The translations under genes and the position numbers were made by a program. From Bdellovibrionales bacterium RIFOXYD1_FULL_55_31 (GTDB lineage Bacteria > Bdellovibrionota > UBA1018): a DNA stretch of 64,000 bases. Of this stretch, positions 45,126 through 54,524 are shown piece by piece (position 1 is the first letter of the stretch; each line of letters begins with the position of its first letter). The notes below the pieces were generated by a model that was not told the DNA's origin, did not search any database, and was given only the letters and a program-made list of their open reading frames with translations. The stretch lies in the NCBI GenBank assembly GCA_001770175.1, contig MEQK01000154.1:778-64777 (forward strand), read 5' to 3'.

Positions 45126-45537
45126 AGAATCCACTTCCTCTGGCAAACTCATCGGCATTCAGGCGGAAGAAGATGAGCGAAAACAGGGAGCTGAAGCGCG
45201 GGCGAGTCGTTTAGAAGAATATTATCGCACGGTCGAAGAAGTATAATAAACATCGGAATTACAACCAGTTCCCGCTCTGAGGAATCATCGCCCAACCTCG
45301 ACGCATTGCAGGAATTCGTAGCTGCCATCGACCAGGACTCCGTAAGCGACCAGTACCACTTGAAACTCTTTTCAAATTTCCACCACCACCACGACGTCAT
45401 CCATAGGCCTATGTCCCCGATTTTCCAGGCGAACTATGCAACAAGGATGAGCAATGATGTAACCGGTCGGGTTCTGCCCAGTTCCCACTCGGACGCCTCT
45501 ATTGCTTTCGATTTCAATCAATGCGATCAACAGCCTC

Positions 45538-47298
45538 ATGGAACGTTACGCCAAGCTCGCGGCTGAAGCTCTCAGCCAAGTTCTGCCCTCGCCTATTCGG
45601 ACGACCGATCTTGAAATTCCGCCCGATCCGAAGCTCGGCGACTTCGCGTTCCCCTGCTTTAAGCTCTCGAAAGAACTTCGCAAGGCGCCTCCGCAGATCG
45701 CCCAGCAACTCGTTGCCGACCTGAAGGCCAGAAACGCCGTCCCCACCGGACTCTCGGTTTCGACAGCCGGCCCCTACGTCAATTTTACGGTTCCCGCTGA
45801 CGAAGCGATTCGAAGCCTGCTCAAGGACATCCTGGCCGGCGACGGAATCGGTCATTACGGCGAACTTCCCCCGAAACATCGCGGGGCTTGGACGCTCGAG
45901 TACAGCTCACCGAATGTCGCCAAGCCGCTGAATATTTACCACCTGAGACCCACCGCTCTCGGTGCAGCGCTCGACCGCGTGGGCCGCTATCGCGGTTTTG
46001 ACGTGATTTCGATCAACCACCTCGGGGATTGGGGCAAGCAATACGGAATGCTTGCCGCCGCCTTCCGTCTTTTCAACAAAACCGTCGATTCCGATCTCGG
46101 AATGATGGATCTCGTGGACATGTACGTCAAAGTGAATGCCGCCGCGGAAGCCGATCCCTCAATCGAAGCGGAAGCCCGCAACGCCTTTCTCAAACTCGAA
46201 CAGGGCGACCCCGATGTCACGGCGCTTTGGCGAAAATGTGTAGATATTTCGATTCGTGAATTCGAGAGAATTTACCGCCGCCTCGGAGTCCGTTTCGATT
46301 ACATTTGGGGCGAGAGTTTCTATAAAGACCAGCTCGAGCCGCTGCTTCAGAAGCTCAGGAGCGGTGGACTCCTCATCGAGAGCGAAGGAGCTTGGGTGGT
46401 TCCGGTCACAAACCGGGAAGGAAAGGAAATTCCGCCCTGCATTCTACAAAAGAGCGACGGGGCGACGATTTATGCGACGCGGGACGTGGCCGCCGCGATT
46501 TACCGTTACGAGCGTTTCCATTTCGATCGGATGACTTACATCGTCGGCGCCGAGCAAAAACTCCATTTCGAACAGGTTTTCGGGGTACTACGCAAAATGG
46601 GTTTTGTGTGGGCCGCGCGATGCGAACATATTCCCTTCGGCCTCTACCGCTTTAAAGACGCGAAGATGTCGACGCGAAAAGGGAATTTCGTCACCCTTGA
46701 GGAAGTCCTCGGGCAGGCGAAAGATCGCGTGGCCACGCTGATGCGTGAACGCGCCAAGGATCCCGAAAAGCCGGACAGCGCGGGCGCGACTCCGAACGAG
46801 GACACCACCGAAGCCGTCGCGGTCGGCGCAGTCGTATTCCATGACCTCCATACTGATCCTGTTCGTGATGTCGAGTTCGACCTCGAACGCGTCGTCGATT
46901 TCGAAGGCGAGACGGGGCCATACCTCCAGTACGCACACACCCGTTGCCTCAGCATTTTAAGAAAAGCCCGCGAAACAGGCCAACTCTCGACCGTGGAGGT
47001 CAAGTTTTCGGATCGGGCCCCGAATGTCTTGAAAGCAACCGAGGAAGTCGCCCTGATCAAGACTCTCGGGCAGTTCCCGCTCCATCTCGAGCGTACGCTG
47101 TCCTTTGCGAAGGCAAGCCAGCTCGCGCATTATTTAATCGATGTCACAAAAGCCTTCGGCGCGTTCTACCGCGAATGCCGCGTCCTCGGAGAAGCTCCGG
47201 AAGTCACCTCTGCACGGCTCATGCTTGTAGAAGCGACGCGGCGGGTGCTCGCGCGAGGGCTTCAGCTACTCGGGATCCCCCTCCCCGAGCGGATGTAA
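45538..47298 (+). CDS. argS: Arginine--tRNA ligase
   Basis: ORF 45502..47298 (TTG); ATG 45538 preferred. Class I motif region (SSPNVAKPLNIYHLR), GATIYATRDVAAAIYR, and a C-terminal anticodon-binding DALR-type region ending in ...ERM. Confidence 0.95.
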   Translation: MERYAKLAAEALSQVLPSPIRTTDLEIPPDPKLGDFAFPCFKLSKELRKAPPQIAQQLVADLKARNAVPTGLSVSTAGPYVNFTVPADEAIRSLLKDILAGDGIGHYGELPPKHRGAWTLEYSSPNVAKPLNIYHLRPTALGAALDRVGRYRGFDVISINHLGDWGKQYGMLAAAFRLFNKTVDSDLGMMDLVDMYVKVNAAAEADPSIEAEARNAFLKLEQGDPDVTALWRKCVDISIREFERIYRRLGVRFDYIWGESFYKDQLEPLLQKLRSGGLLIESEGAWVVPVTNREGKEIPPCILQKSDGATIYATRDVAAAIYRYERFHFDRMTYIVGAEQKLHFEQVFGVLRKMGFVWAARCEHIPFGLYRFKDAKMSTRKGNFVTLEEVLGQAKDRVATLMRERAKDPEKPDSAGATPNEDTTEAVAVGAVVFHDLHTDPVRDVEFDLERVVDFEGETGPYLQYAHTRCLSILRKARETGQLSTVEVKFSDRAPNVLKATEEVALIKTLGQFPLHLERTLSFAKASQLAHYLIDVTKAFGAFYRECRVLGEAPEVTSARLMLVEATRRVLARGLQLLGIPLPERM

Positions 47299-47385
47299 AA
47301 AACTAAACTTCATCGGTCGAAAACCGCGCCAAAAATTTGGCTTCTTCACTTTATGGTCGATTCACGGTTACCATTAGACAGAGCT

Positions 47386-48144
47386 ATGGCTGATCCCATT
47401 TCAGATGATCCGAAAATTCTGGTGGTTGACGACGATCCAGGTCTACGGCGAGTTCTCTGCCTCGCTCTCGAAGAGCAGGGCTACAGCACCACCTTCGCGT
47501 CGAATGGAGAAGAGGCCCTTCTCCTCGTCAAGGCGAATACATACAGCGCGATTGTCACCGATTACGACATGCCCCGGATGAATGGCCGCAATCTCATCGA
47601 CCATATCAAAACTTTCAATACGCTGACCCCGGTTCTTCTGATGACGGCGGGCATTCCTGAAACCGTATTCCTGGACCTTTTGAAGTATTCGCGATTTCTG
47701 GCGATACACAAGCCGTTCTCCCCGCCTGCGTTCTTCAAGGCGCTGATGAAAGTGATGAATTCTCCCGTTCCGGCCGGAGCTCATAAAAGAAGCGAATTTC
47801 GCGTAAAAACCGCTATTCCGGCACAATGGAGCGCGAAAGGACCTGAGGTCACCACGGGGATCCTCCGAAATCTCTCTCTCGGCGGAACATTCGTCGAAAC
47901 AGAGAAACCGATCCCAGCCGGAACGGAGCTGGATATCTCGTTCCAACATCCAACGGAGCCAAGCCAATCCGTCTCGCTCAAGGGCGAGGTCGTCTGGGCA
48001 AAACACGGGGAAAATCCCGGCGAACTTGAGGGCGCCGGAGTTCACTTCAGGGATCTCGACCGAAATACCATCCGGACACTGCAAACCATCCTAGCCCAGA
48101 CCGTGAACCAAATGGGCCTCGGATGGTTTGAATCAGCGCGCTGA
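47386..48144 (+). CDS. Response regulator with C-terminal PilZ domain
   Basis: REC (ILVVDDDPG, IVTDYDMPRMNG, LLMTAG, HKPF). PilZ motifs RxxxR (KRSEFRV) and NxSxxG (NLSLGG). ATG 47353 is an alternative start. Confidence 0.85.
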   Translation: MADPISDDPKILVVDDDPGLRRVLCLALEEQGYSTTFASNGEEALLLVKANTYSAIVTDYDMPRMNGRNLIDHIKTFNTLTPVLLMTAGIPETVFLDLLKYSRFLAIHKPFSPPAFFKALMKVMNSPVPAGAHKRSEFRVKTAIPAQWSAKGPEVTTGILRNLSLGGTFVETEKPIPAGTELDISFQHPTEPSQSVSLKGEVVWAKHGENPGELEGAGVHFRDLDRNTIRTLQTILAQTVNQMGLGWFESAR

Positions 48145-48153
48145 AAGCCCGGA

Positions 48154-48918
48154 TTACCGGCTCGTAACCGACGCGGCGAGATACTGCCGGTTCATGCGCG
48201 CCATATTCTCGAGCGTAATCCCCTTCGGACACGCCGCCTCGCAGGCACCCGTATTCGAACAGCTCCCGAATTGTTCCTTGTCCATTTGGGCCACCATCTT
48301 TAACACGCGCCGGTCTTTTTCGACGGCGCCTTGCGGCAGGAGCGCCAGATGTGACACCTTCGCGCCGGTAAAGAGCATCGCCGAAGCGTTCTTGCAAGCC
48401 GCGACGCAGGCTCCGCAACCGATGCAAGACGCTGCATCGAACGCAAGATCAGAATCGAGCTTCGGAACGGGAATACCGTTGGCATCTCTCGCATTTCCCG
48501 TGCTGACGGAAACGAAACCGCCGGCTGCAATGATTCGGTCAAGGCCGGATCGATCCACGACCAAATCCTTCTGAACCGGAAATGCCCTTGCCCGAAACGG
48601 CTCCACGACCAAGGTCTCTCCATCTTCGAATCGCCGCATATGGAGCTGGCAAGTCGCCGTCTCGCGATCCGGCCCGTGCGGGTTCCCGTTGATGGTCATC
48701 GAACACATGCCACAAATGCCCTCGCGGCAATCGTGATCAAAAGCGATCGGATCCCCGCCGAGCTTGATGATCTGTTGGTTAATGACATCAAACATTTCAA
48801 GAAACGACATATCAGTCGAAATATCCTTCGCCTGGTGCGTTTCGAAATGACCGATGCCGGAAGAGCCGTTTTGCCGCCACACTTTCAAGGTGAGATTGAT
48901 CGTTTTCGCTTTGCTCAT
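48154..48918 (-). CDS. sdhB: Succinate dehydrogenase/fumarate reductase iron-sulfur subunit
   Basis: ORF 48154..49128; start moved to ATG 48918 after AAGGGAGAAG. 2Fe-2S Cys cluster ([15 protein letters not shown]) and 4Fe-4S/3Fe-4S motifs ([23 protein letters not shown]). Confidence 0.9.
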   Translation of the reverse strand: MSKAKTINLTLKVWRQNGSSGIGHFETHQAKDISTDMSFLEMFDVINQQIIKLGGDPIAFDHDCREGICGMCSMTINGNPHGPDRETATCQLHMRRFEDGETLVVEPFRARAFPVQKDLVVDRSGLDRIIAAGGFVSVSTGNARDANGIPVPKLDSDLAFDAASCIGCGACVAACKNASAMLFTGAKVSHLALLPQGAVEKDRRVLKMVAQMDKEQFGSCSNTGACEAACPKGITLENMARMNRQYLAASVTSR

Positions 48919-48928
48919 GACTTCTCCC

Positions 48929-50842
48929 TTACTTGTAACTTCGGGTTGCCAGCTGAATTCGTTCAAATTCGAGCGATTCCTTGTGCATTTCCGGTTCCTT
49001 GCTCTCGCCCTTGTACTCCCAGGCGGCAACATAGGCGAAACGCTCGTCGTCGCGCTTCGCTTCGTTGTCGGGAGTCTGACTTTCCTCGCGGAAATGACCA
49101 CCGCAGGATTCAGTACGGTGAAGTGCATCGCGCGCCATCAGTTCACCGAGTTCGAAATAATCAGCGACGCGACTCGCCTTCTCGAGTTCCGGATTCAGGA
49201 AATTCAATTCACCGGGAACGCGCACATCCTGCCAAAATTCCTCGCGAAGCTTCGGTATTTCGACCAACGCTTTCCTGAGTCCCGCGTCGTTACGCGACAT
49301 CCCGACGTACTCCCAAAGAATAAGTCCCAATTCGCGATGGAACTCGTCGACGGTACGGCCGCCCTTCACGCTTAGAAGCTTCTGCATCCGCATGCGAGCA
49401 TCGTTTTCAGCGGCACGGAACGCGTCGTGCTTCGTGTCCACTTTCGGGAGTTTCGCGGAGGTGAGATAGTCAGCAATCGTATACGGAATGATGAAATATC
49501 CGTCCGCCAAGCCCTGCATCAAGGCGGATGCGCCGAGGCGGTTCGCGCCGTGATCGGAGAAGTTGGCCTCACCCAGCACGTGGAGTCCCGGAACCGTGCT
49601 CATTAAATTGTAATCCACCCAGAGTCCGCCCATCGTATAGTGAACCGCCGGATAGATCCTCATCGGGACTTCATACGGATTTTCATCCGTGATCTTTTCG
49701 TACATCTGAAAAAGATTCCCGTACCGTTCGGTGATTTTCGAATGACCAAGCCGCTTCAAAGCGTCCCTGAAATCGAGATAGACAGCCATTCTGCTTTCGC
49801 CGACTCCCCTACCCTCATCCACCCTGAACTTTGCTTGCCGGGAGGATACGTCCCGCGGCGCGAGATTTCCGTAACTCGGGTAAACGCGCTCGAGATAGTA
49901 ATCCCGTTCCTCATCCGGAATCTGACTCGGCGGACGATGATCACCCGCCTTCTTCGGCACCCAGACCCGGCCGTCGTTTCGGAGCGATTCCGACATCAGG
50001 GTCAGTTTCGATTGATGCTCGCCGGAAACCGGAATGCAAGTCGGATGAATCTGCGTGAAGCAGGGGTTCGCGAAGGCGGCGCCCTTCTTGTAGGCTTTCC
50101 AAATCGCGGTCGCATTGCAGGCCTTCGCGTTCGTTGAAAGATAAAACGCATTGCCGTAACCGCCCGTCGCGAGAATCACGGCGTCCGCCGCATGCGACTC
50201 GATCGCCCCCGTCATCAGGTTGCGACAGACAATTCCGCGGGCGGCTCCGTCCGCGACCACCAATTCAAGCATCTCGCGGCGGTTGTAAAGTTCGACGGTG
50301 CCGAGCCCCACTTGCCGCATCAGCGCCTGATAAGCGCCGAGAAGCAATTGCTGGCCGGTCTGTCCGCGGGCGTAGAACGTGCGCGAAACTTGCGCGCCGC
50401 CAAAGGATCGGTTGTCGAGCAGGCCACCGTATTCGCGGGCAAACGGCACGCCCTGCGCGACGCACTGATCAATGATCGCGTTCGCGACTTCGGCGAGCCG
50501 ATAAACATTCGCCTCACGGGCCCGGAAATCGCCACCCTTGATCGTATCGTAAAACAGCCGGTACACGGAATCGCCGTCGTTCGCGTAATTCTTCGCGGCG
50601 TTGATCCCCCCCTGAGCCGCGATCGAGTGCGCCCGGCGCGGAGAATCATGATAGGTGAACGCCTTCACCTCGAACCCGAGTTCGGCCATAGCTGCCGCCG
50701 CCGAAGCACCGGCCAGACCGGTCCCTACGACGATGACCTTGTATTTCCGTTTGTTCGCCGGATTCACCAGCTTCATCTGGAATTTGTGGCTTTCCCATTT
50801 TTGTTCGAGCGGCCCTTTCGGGACTTTAGAATTGAGCTTCAT
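48929..50842 (-). CDS. sdhA: Succinate dehydrogenase/fumarate reductase flavoprotein subunit
   Basis: FAD-binding site ([14 protein letters not shown]), covalent-FAD His region ([14 protein letters not shown]), and active-site blocks ([10 protein letters not shown]). Confidence 0.95.
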   Translation of the reverse strand: MKLNSKVPKGPLEQKWESHKFQMKLVNPANKRKYKVIVVGTGLAGASAAAAMAELGFEVKAFTYHDSPRRAHSIAAQGGINAAKNYANDGDSVYRLFYDTIKGGDFRAREANVYRLAEVANAIIDQCVAQGVPFAREYGGLLDNRSFGGAQVSRTFYARGQTGQQLLLGAYQALMRQVGLGTVELYNRREMLELVVADGAARGIVCRNLMTGAIESHAADAVILATGGYGNAFYLSTNAKACNATAIWKAYKKGAAFANPCFTQIHPTCIPVSGEHQSKLTLMSESLRNDGRVWVPKKAGDHRPPSQIPDEERDYYLERVYPSYGNLAPRDVSSRQAKFRVDEGRGVGESRMAVYLDFRDALKRLGHSKITERYGNLFQMYEKITDENPYEVPMRIYPAVHYTMGGLWVDYNLMSTVPGLHVLGEANFSDHGANRLGASALMQGLADGYFIIPYTIADYLTSAKLPKVDTKHDAFRAAENDARMRMQKLLSVKGGRTVDEFHRELGLILWEYVGMSRNDAGLRKALVEIPKLREEFWQDVRVPGELNFLNPELEKASRVADYFELGELMARDALHRTESCGGHFREESQTPDNEAKRDDERFAYVAAWEYKGESKEPEMHKESLEFERIQLATRSYK

Positions 50843-50851
50843 AAGGAACCT

Positions 50852-51538
50852 CTATTGTTTCATAAAGAAATAAACGTAAAGCGGCTGCAAGATGAATCCG
50901 ACAGCCACGACGACCGCGTAAGCCACTCCGAGCTTCCTGATGGCTGGCGAATATTTCGGATGATTGAACCCGAGCGTTTGAAAAACGGATTGCACGCCGT
51001 GATTGAGGTGATAGCCAAGGAACACGACGCAAAAGACATAGCTCCAAACATAAAAGGGGCTCTGAAAAACCTCTACCAACAACCGGTGAATGTCGCGCAT
51101 GAGGACGCCGTTATAGGTGACGTCGTAATTCGTCCCGTATTTGAAAGTCTTCAAATGCCAGGCGACAAAGAAGAAAATGACCACGCCGTGATAAAACATC
51201 GTCGTTGAGGACCAGCTCACGGACTTCGCGCCTTTGGTCGTCAAGAACTTCCGATTCCCGCGCGCGGCCTTGTTCTCGATCGTAGTCCAGATTGTAAACG
51301 CGACATGGACCAGGAAGATCGCGAGCAACACGAGTTCGATCGCAACGATAGCCGGATTCGAAATCAGCGTGTGGCTGTAGATGTTGTATGCCTTCGGGCT
51401 GACGAACAGAAGCATGTTCCCCAACATGTGCGTCAAAGCGAAAAGAGTAATCCCGATGGCCATCAGACCGACCACGTATTTTTTGCCTATAGAAGACGTG
51501 AAAAAACCTGGACCGGAAGTCGATTGAATCCCGCTCAT
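50852..51538 (-). CDS. sdhC: Succinate dehydrogenase cytochrome b subunit (b558-type, 5 TM)
   Basis: A 228-aa polytopic protein with conserved His in its TM helices, directly upstream of sdhA/sdhB. SD GAGGGGA. Confidence 0.85.
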   Translation of the reverse strand: MSGIQSTSGPGFFTSSIGKKYVVGLMAIGITLFALTHMLGNMLLFVSPKAYNIYSHTLISNPAIVAIELVLLAIFLVHVAFTIWTTIENKAARGNRKFLTTKGAKSVSWSSTTMFYHGVVIFFFVAWHLKTFKYGTNYDVTYNGVLMRDIHRLLVEVFQSPFYVWSYVFCVVFLGYHLNHGVQSVFQTLGFNHPKYSPAIRKLGVAYAVVVAVGFILQPLYVYFFMKQ

Positions 51539-51597
51539 GTGATTCCCCTCATATTGAAGCTGTTTAAAATTTTTCTATCGCAACCCAGTGCCAGAGT

Positions 51598-52593
51598 CTA
51601 TTGGGAAGTTCCGGTTCGCCTGACCACCAAAATGGCGGCAATCGAAGGAGCCCTGAACTCAATCAATTTCAGGCCGGCGCGCTCGACGAGCTCGGCTTCG
51701 AAGGGGATTTCTCGCGGCTGTTTTCGCATGTCGCGTTGCGCCGACGTTTGAGCCGAGTCGCTGGCCGGCGTTTCGACCAGTACCCCGGCAATTCGCGAAC
51801 TTTTTCCCGAAACCTCTGCCAAAACAAAAGCTTTCGGCTGGGCGGCCTTTCCGCCTTTCTTCAGATTGAGCTCTCCTTCGATTGCCGTCGCGCCACTCAC
51901 CTTCAGGCGAAGCACGGCAGGGCGGCTTTCCATCCCCGGCGATCCAGCTCCCGGCGCGACCCAGAACCCCGCCCAAGTCCCGGTCAGCTCAGGGTTGAGT
52001 CGGTCGTCGGAACTCGAAGTGATTTTGAGCCGCCTTTGAACGACGGCTTCGCCCTTCAGACGCGCGGTGATCCAAGGAGTCTTTTCCTCGTTCAGATATT
52101 TTTCGAGAATTTTATCGGCCCTGGAATCGTTCATGCGTTTGAGCGTCTCGGCTGCGGCAAGTCGGGTCTGGGGCTCGGGGTGTTTCAGAAATTTCGAAAC
52201 AAACTCTTCTTCGTTCGCTCCCCGGGCGATTCCGACTGAGCGGATGGCGGCATTTCGCAGGACATCATCAGCCGTCCGTTCCGCCTGCAGCTTGAGAAAT
52301 TCGACACTCGTTGAATCGTCGAACCAGGCAAGCGCTTCGAGAAGCCTGAGCCGCTGATAAATCTGATCGGAAGCTTCATACATCCGGATGATCACACGCG
52401 GCGCATTCGGCCCGAGAGACCGCCACCAGTCCGCGCCTTCAGTCGGATGTCTCACGCTGAGGGCTTCCGAAATAGTCTTCTCGAGCTCGGCATCCGTCGC
52501 CGACCATGCCCCCCCCGAGGGCGTTAATACGCAAACGGATAGGAAGAACATGATTGTCGAGAAACGGAATCGCCGAAATTGCCTCTTTGTCAT
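51598..52593 (-). CDS. Secreted HEAT-repeat protein
   Basis: ORF 51598..52617; ATG 52593 avoids overlap with the upstream gene. Signal peptide (IMFFLSVCVLTPSGGAWS) and HEAT-like repeats (VLRNAAIRSVG, PEPQTRLAAAETLKRM). Confidence 0.6.
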   Translation of the reverse strand: MTKRQFRRFRFSTIMFFLSVCVLTPSGGAWSATDAELEKTISEALSVRHPTEGADWWRSLGPNAPRVIIRMYEASDQIYQRLRLLEALAWFDDSTSVEFLKLQAERTADDVLRNAAIRSVGIARGANEEEFVSKFLKHPEPQTRLAAAETLKRMNDSRADKILEKYLNEEKTPWITARLKGEAVVQRRLKITSSSDDRLNPELTGTWAGFWVAPGAGSPGMESRPAVLRLKVSGATAIEGELNLKKGGKAAQPKAFVLAEVSGKSSRIAGVLVETPASDSAQTSAQRDMRKQPREIPFEAELVERAGLKLIEFRAPSIAAILVVRRTGTSQ

Positions 52594-52606
52594 ATCATCG
52601 CGATCT

Positions 52607-54295
52607 TCACTGCACAAAAGGATTGAACTTCATGATTGTTCCCGAGTTCGGCGTCAGGAGATTCCCGTCCCCGGTTCCGTTGATATAGGTCTTCGTCGAC
52701 CACCACATCAAATGATTATACTGGCATTCGAGCGCGGTCGGACAGTAGGTGCCGGTGGTCCGACTCGCACAAACATCCAGACAGCTCAATCCGGTCGGCA
52801 GGAATGAAGTCGTATCAGCCGTGCACGAATTAACGGTCAAATAGCCCTTGGGGCCTTTGGTAACGCAAACCGGAGTGTCATAAACTCTGTCGTGCGTCGT
52901 GCCCGTCCGTTCGCTGGGATGATTCAGGCCGAGATAATGACCCATTTCGTGGGAGATGGTCGCTCCCATATCAATGAAATCAGACTCCTGACTTGCAAGC
53001 TCGCAAGTAAGTCCCGGTGAACAGGACGGATTGAACTGATCGAGTCTGTTGAAGGTCGCGATCGCGACCCCACTCGATCCGGTTCCGTTGACCAGAGGCC
53101 CGCTGATCGCGCCAGCGAGTCCCACGACGGACATGTTGCTGGTCTGATCGCCGATTGTAGAGACGAGAAAAAGATTCAGGGCTTTTGACTCAAGCTCGGC
53201 CGGAAGGGACCCCGAGCCGGCCGCGAACATCTTTCCGAGATAGTTTGCCGCGTTGTAATTATAATAATCGGCGGCGGCGAAAAGATCCCCGCCTTCGAGA
53301 CAACCCCATTCGATCACTCGCACACTTCCGATCTTTATGTTCACCTGGTTGTAGTGAGCGAAAACGGACTTGAAAAGAAGATCCAAATTCTGCTGACCTT
53401 TAGGAGTGCGTGAGGCGGCGACGTTCTTCGCGCCGACAAGGAAGACATTGAGATCGATGGCGCCATTCGCGGCCGTGGCATTCGTCTTCTTCAGAACTGT
53501 TACTTTCAGCCCAACGTCGTATCCGCTGACTTCAAGATAATCGCTCGCGAGAATCACGTATTTCGCGGTGTAATTCACGCCTGATCGAAGCTTGCCATCG
53601 ACAAAGTAATGTTTGTTGAACGCGCACCCTGACCAATCCGTCACGCCATCGGGACCATCGGCCCAATTGCAGGTCGGAAAAGTATTTGAGCTCACGTACC
53701 CCAGTCCGATCTGCCTCTGTTCCCAATGAGTGAGGTCAAAAAACGCGCTTGGCCAGGCAATCGAACAAGTGCCGTTCAAATTACAACTCGTATCGGAGCA
53801 AGTATACAAGCTCGAGTCTCCGCAATACCCGCCGGTGCCCGATTTATTGAGATTAACATACTCGTTCGTGCCGTCACTGAGCGAAATCAGCATGGGATAG
53901 GCGCCACCGCTCAGCGCTCCCGGAAACCCGGTTGCCTGCGCGACGAGAGTCAGCGAACCCCCGGTACCAAGATCCTGAGTCATATCGATGTTCACGGACA
54001 CGAGATTCGCGGCTAATACGGGATCTTCCCAACCCAGAAGCGGCCCCGTCCCGGTCAATACGGTTTTGGAAACGGAAATCGAGGAACTATGCGCCGAAGA
54101 TCCGGCTCCCTCGATATACGGGGTCCAGGGTATCCCGGTAACGGGGCTGCATGTTTTCAACGCCACCATTTCAGCCGCATTATCGGCGAAATCGCCACCG
54201 CACCCGCAAAGCACCGCGATAAACGACAGGAGTGGAAGCTCGCGGTAAAGCACAGCGCCGAGTCCACTGAGATAGCTCTTCCCACTCTGCTCCAT
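52607..54295 (-). CDS. Metzincin-type zinc metalloprotease lipoprotein
   Basis: ORF 52607..54391; ATG 54295 preferred (AGGAAG lies 9 nt upstream). Lipobox (AVLCG/C) and HExxHxxGxxH (SHEMGHYLGLNHPSE). Cys-rich C-terminus. Confidence 0.75.
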   Translation of the reverse strand: MEQSGKSYLSGLGAVLYRELPLLSFIAVLCGCGGDFADNAAEMVALKTCSPVTGIPWTPYIEGAGSSAHSSSISVSKTVLTGTGPLLGWEDPVLAANLVSVNIDMTQDLGTGGSLTLVAQATGFPGALSGGAYPMLISLSDGTNEYVNLNKSGTGGYCGDSSLYTCSDTSCNLNGTCSIAWPSAFFDLTHWEQRQIGLGYVSSNTFPTCNWADGPDGVTDWSGCAFNKHYFVDGKLRSGVNYTAKYVILASDYLEVSGYDVGLKVTVLKKTNATAANGAIDLNVFLVGAKNVAASRTPKGQQNLDLLFKSVFAHYNQVNIKIGSVRVIEWGCLEGGDLFAAADYYNYNAANYLGKMFAAGSGSLPAELESKALNLFLVSTIGDQTSNMSVVGLAGAISGPLVNGTGSSGVAIATFNRLDQFNPSCSPGLTCELASQESDFIDMGATISHEMGHYLGLNHPSERTGTTHDRVYDTPVCVTKGPKGYLTVNSCTADTTSFLPTGLSCLDVCASRTTGTYCPTALECQYNHLMWWSTKTYINGTGDGNLLTPNSGTIMKFNPFVQ

Positions 54296-54473
54296 AAAAC
54301 CCGGCTTCCTTCTCTCCATTGATAAGTGTAACCGAGCGATTCGCGCGAGGCTACTTGAATGGGTGTCGCGCATCCAAGATCCAAGTGGCACTGGTGTCGG
54401 AAATTTGGCGCGTGTTCGAGCAAGTGACCTTGTCCTCAGAATATCTGCGGCGCGTTAACCTTAGGAAATGAGC

Positions 54474-54493
54474 CCGCGAAGAGATCTTCGCGG
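54474..54493 (-). terminator. Hairpin downstream of the 54525..55817 gene
   Basis: CCGCGAAG-AGAT-CTTCGCGG (8-bp stem). On the minus strand it is followed by GCTCATTTCC, a weak T-tract. Confidence 0.4.
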
Positions 54494-54524
54494 CCGACGA
54501 TTGCAGGAATGCGATTAAACAAAC

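Noticed and set aside
41931-45158. Prophage or mobile-element remnant (repressor plus ATPase)
   Set aside because: I found no integrase, transposase, terminase, capsid/tail genes, att-like direct repeats or tRNA flank, and the neighbours are housekeeping genes (pullulanase, argS).
50192-51208. 338-aa plus-strand ORF across sdhA/sdhC. Similar long antisense ORFs occur at 10454..11197, 12065..12817, 13526..14206, 24361..25221, 26044..26742, 35460..36182 and 43262..43972.
   Set aside because: Each lies opposite a gene with strong family motifs (SdhA, TPR protein, ExbD, M48, papain-like peptidase, HK, CpaF). Their translations are Arg/Pro/Gly-rich with no motifs.
51581-51594. Sigma-54-like element TGGCAC-TGGG-TTGC (minus strand) 43 nt upstream of sdhC
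   Set aside because: The spacer between TGGCAC and TTGC is 4 nt instead of 5. Sigma-54 recognition is strict about -24/-12 spacing, so this is probably not functional. It would be worth a glance only if a TSS maps about 12 nt downstream.
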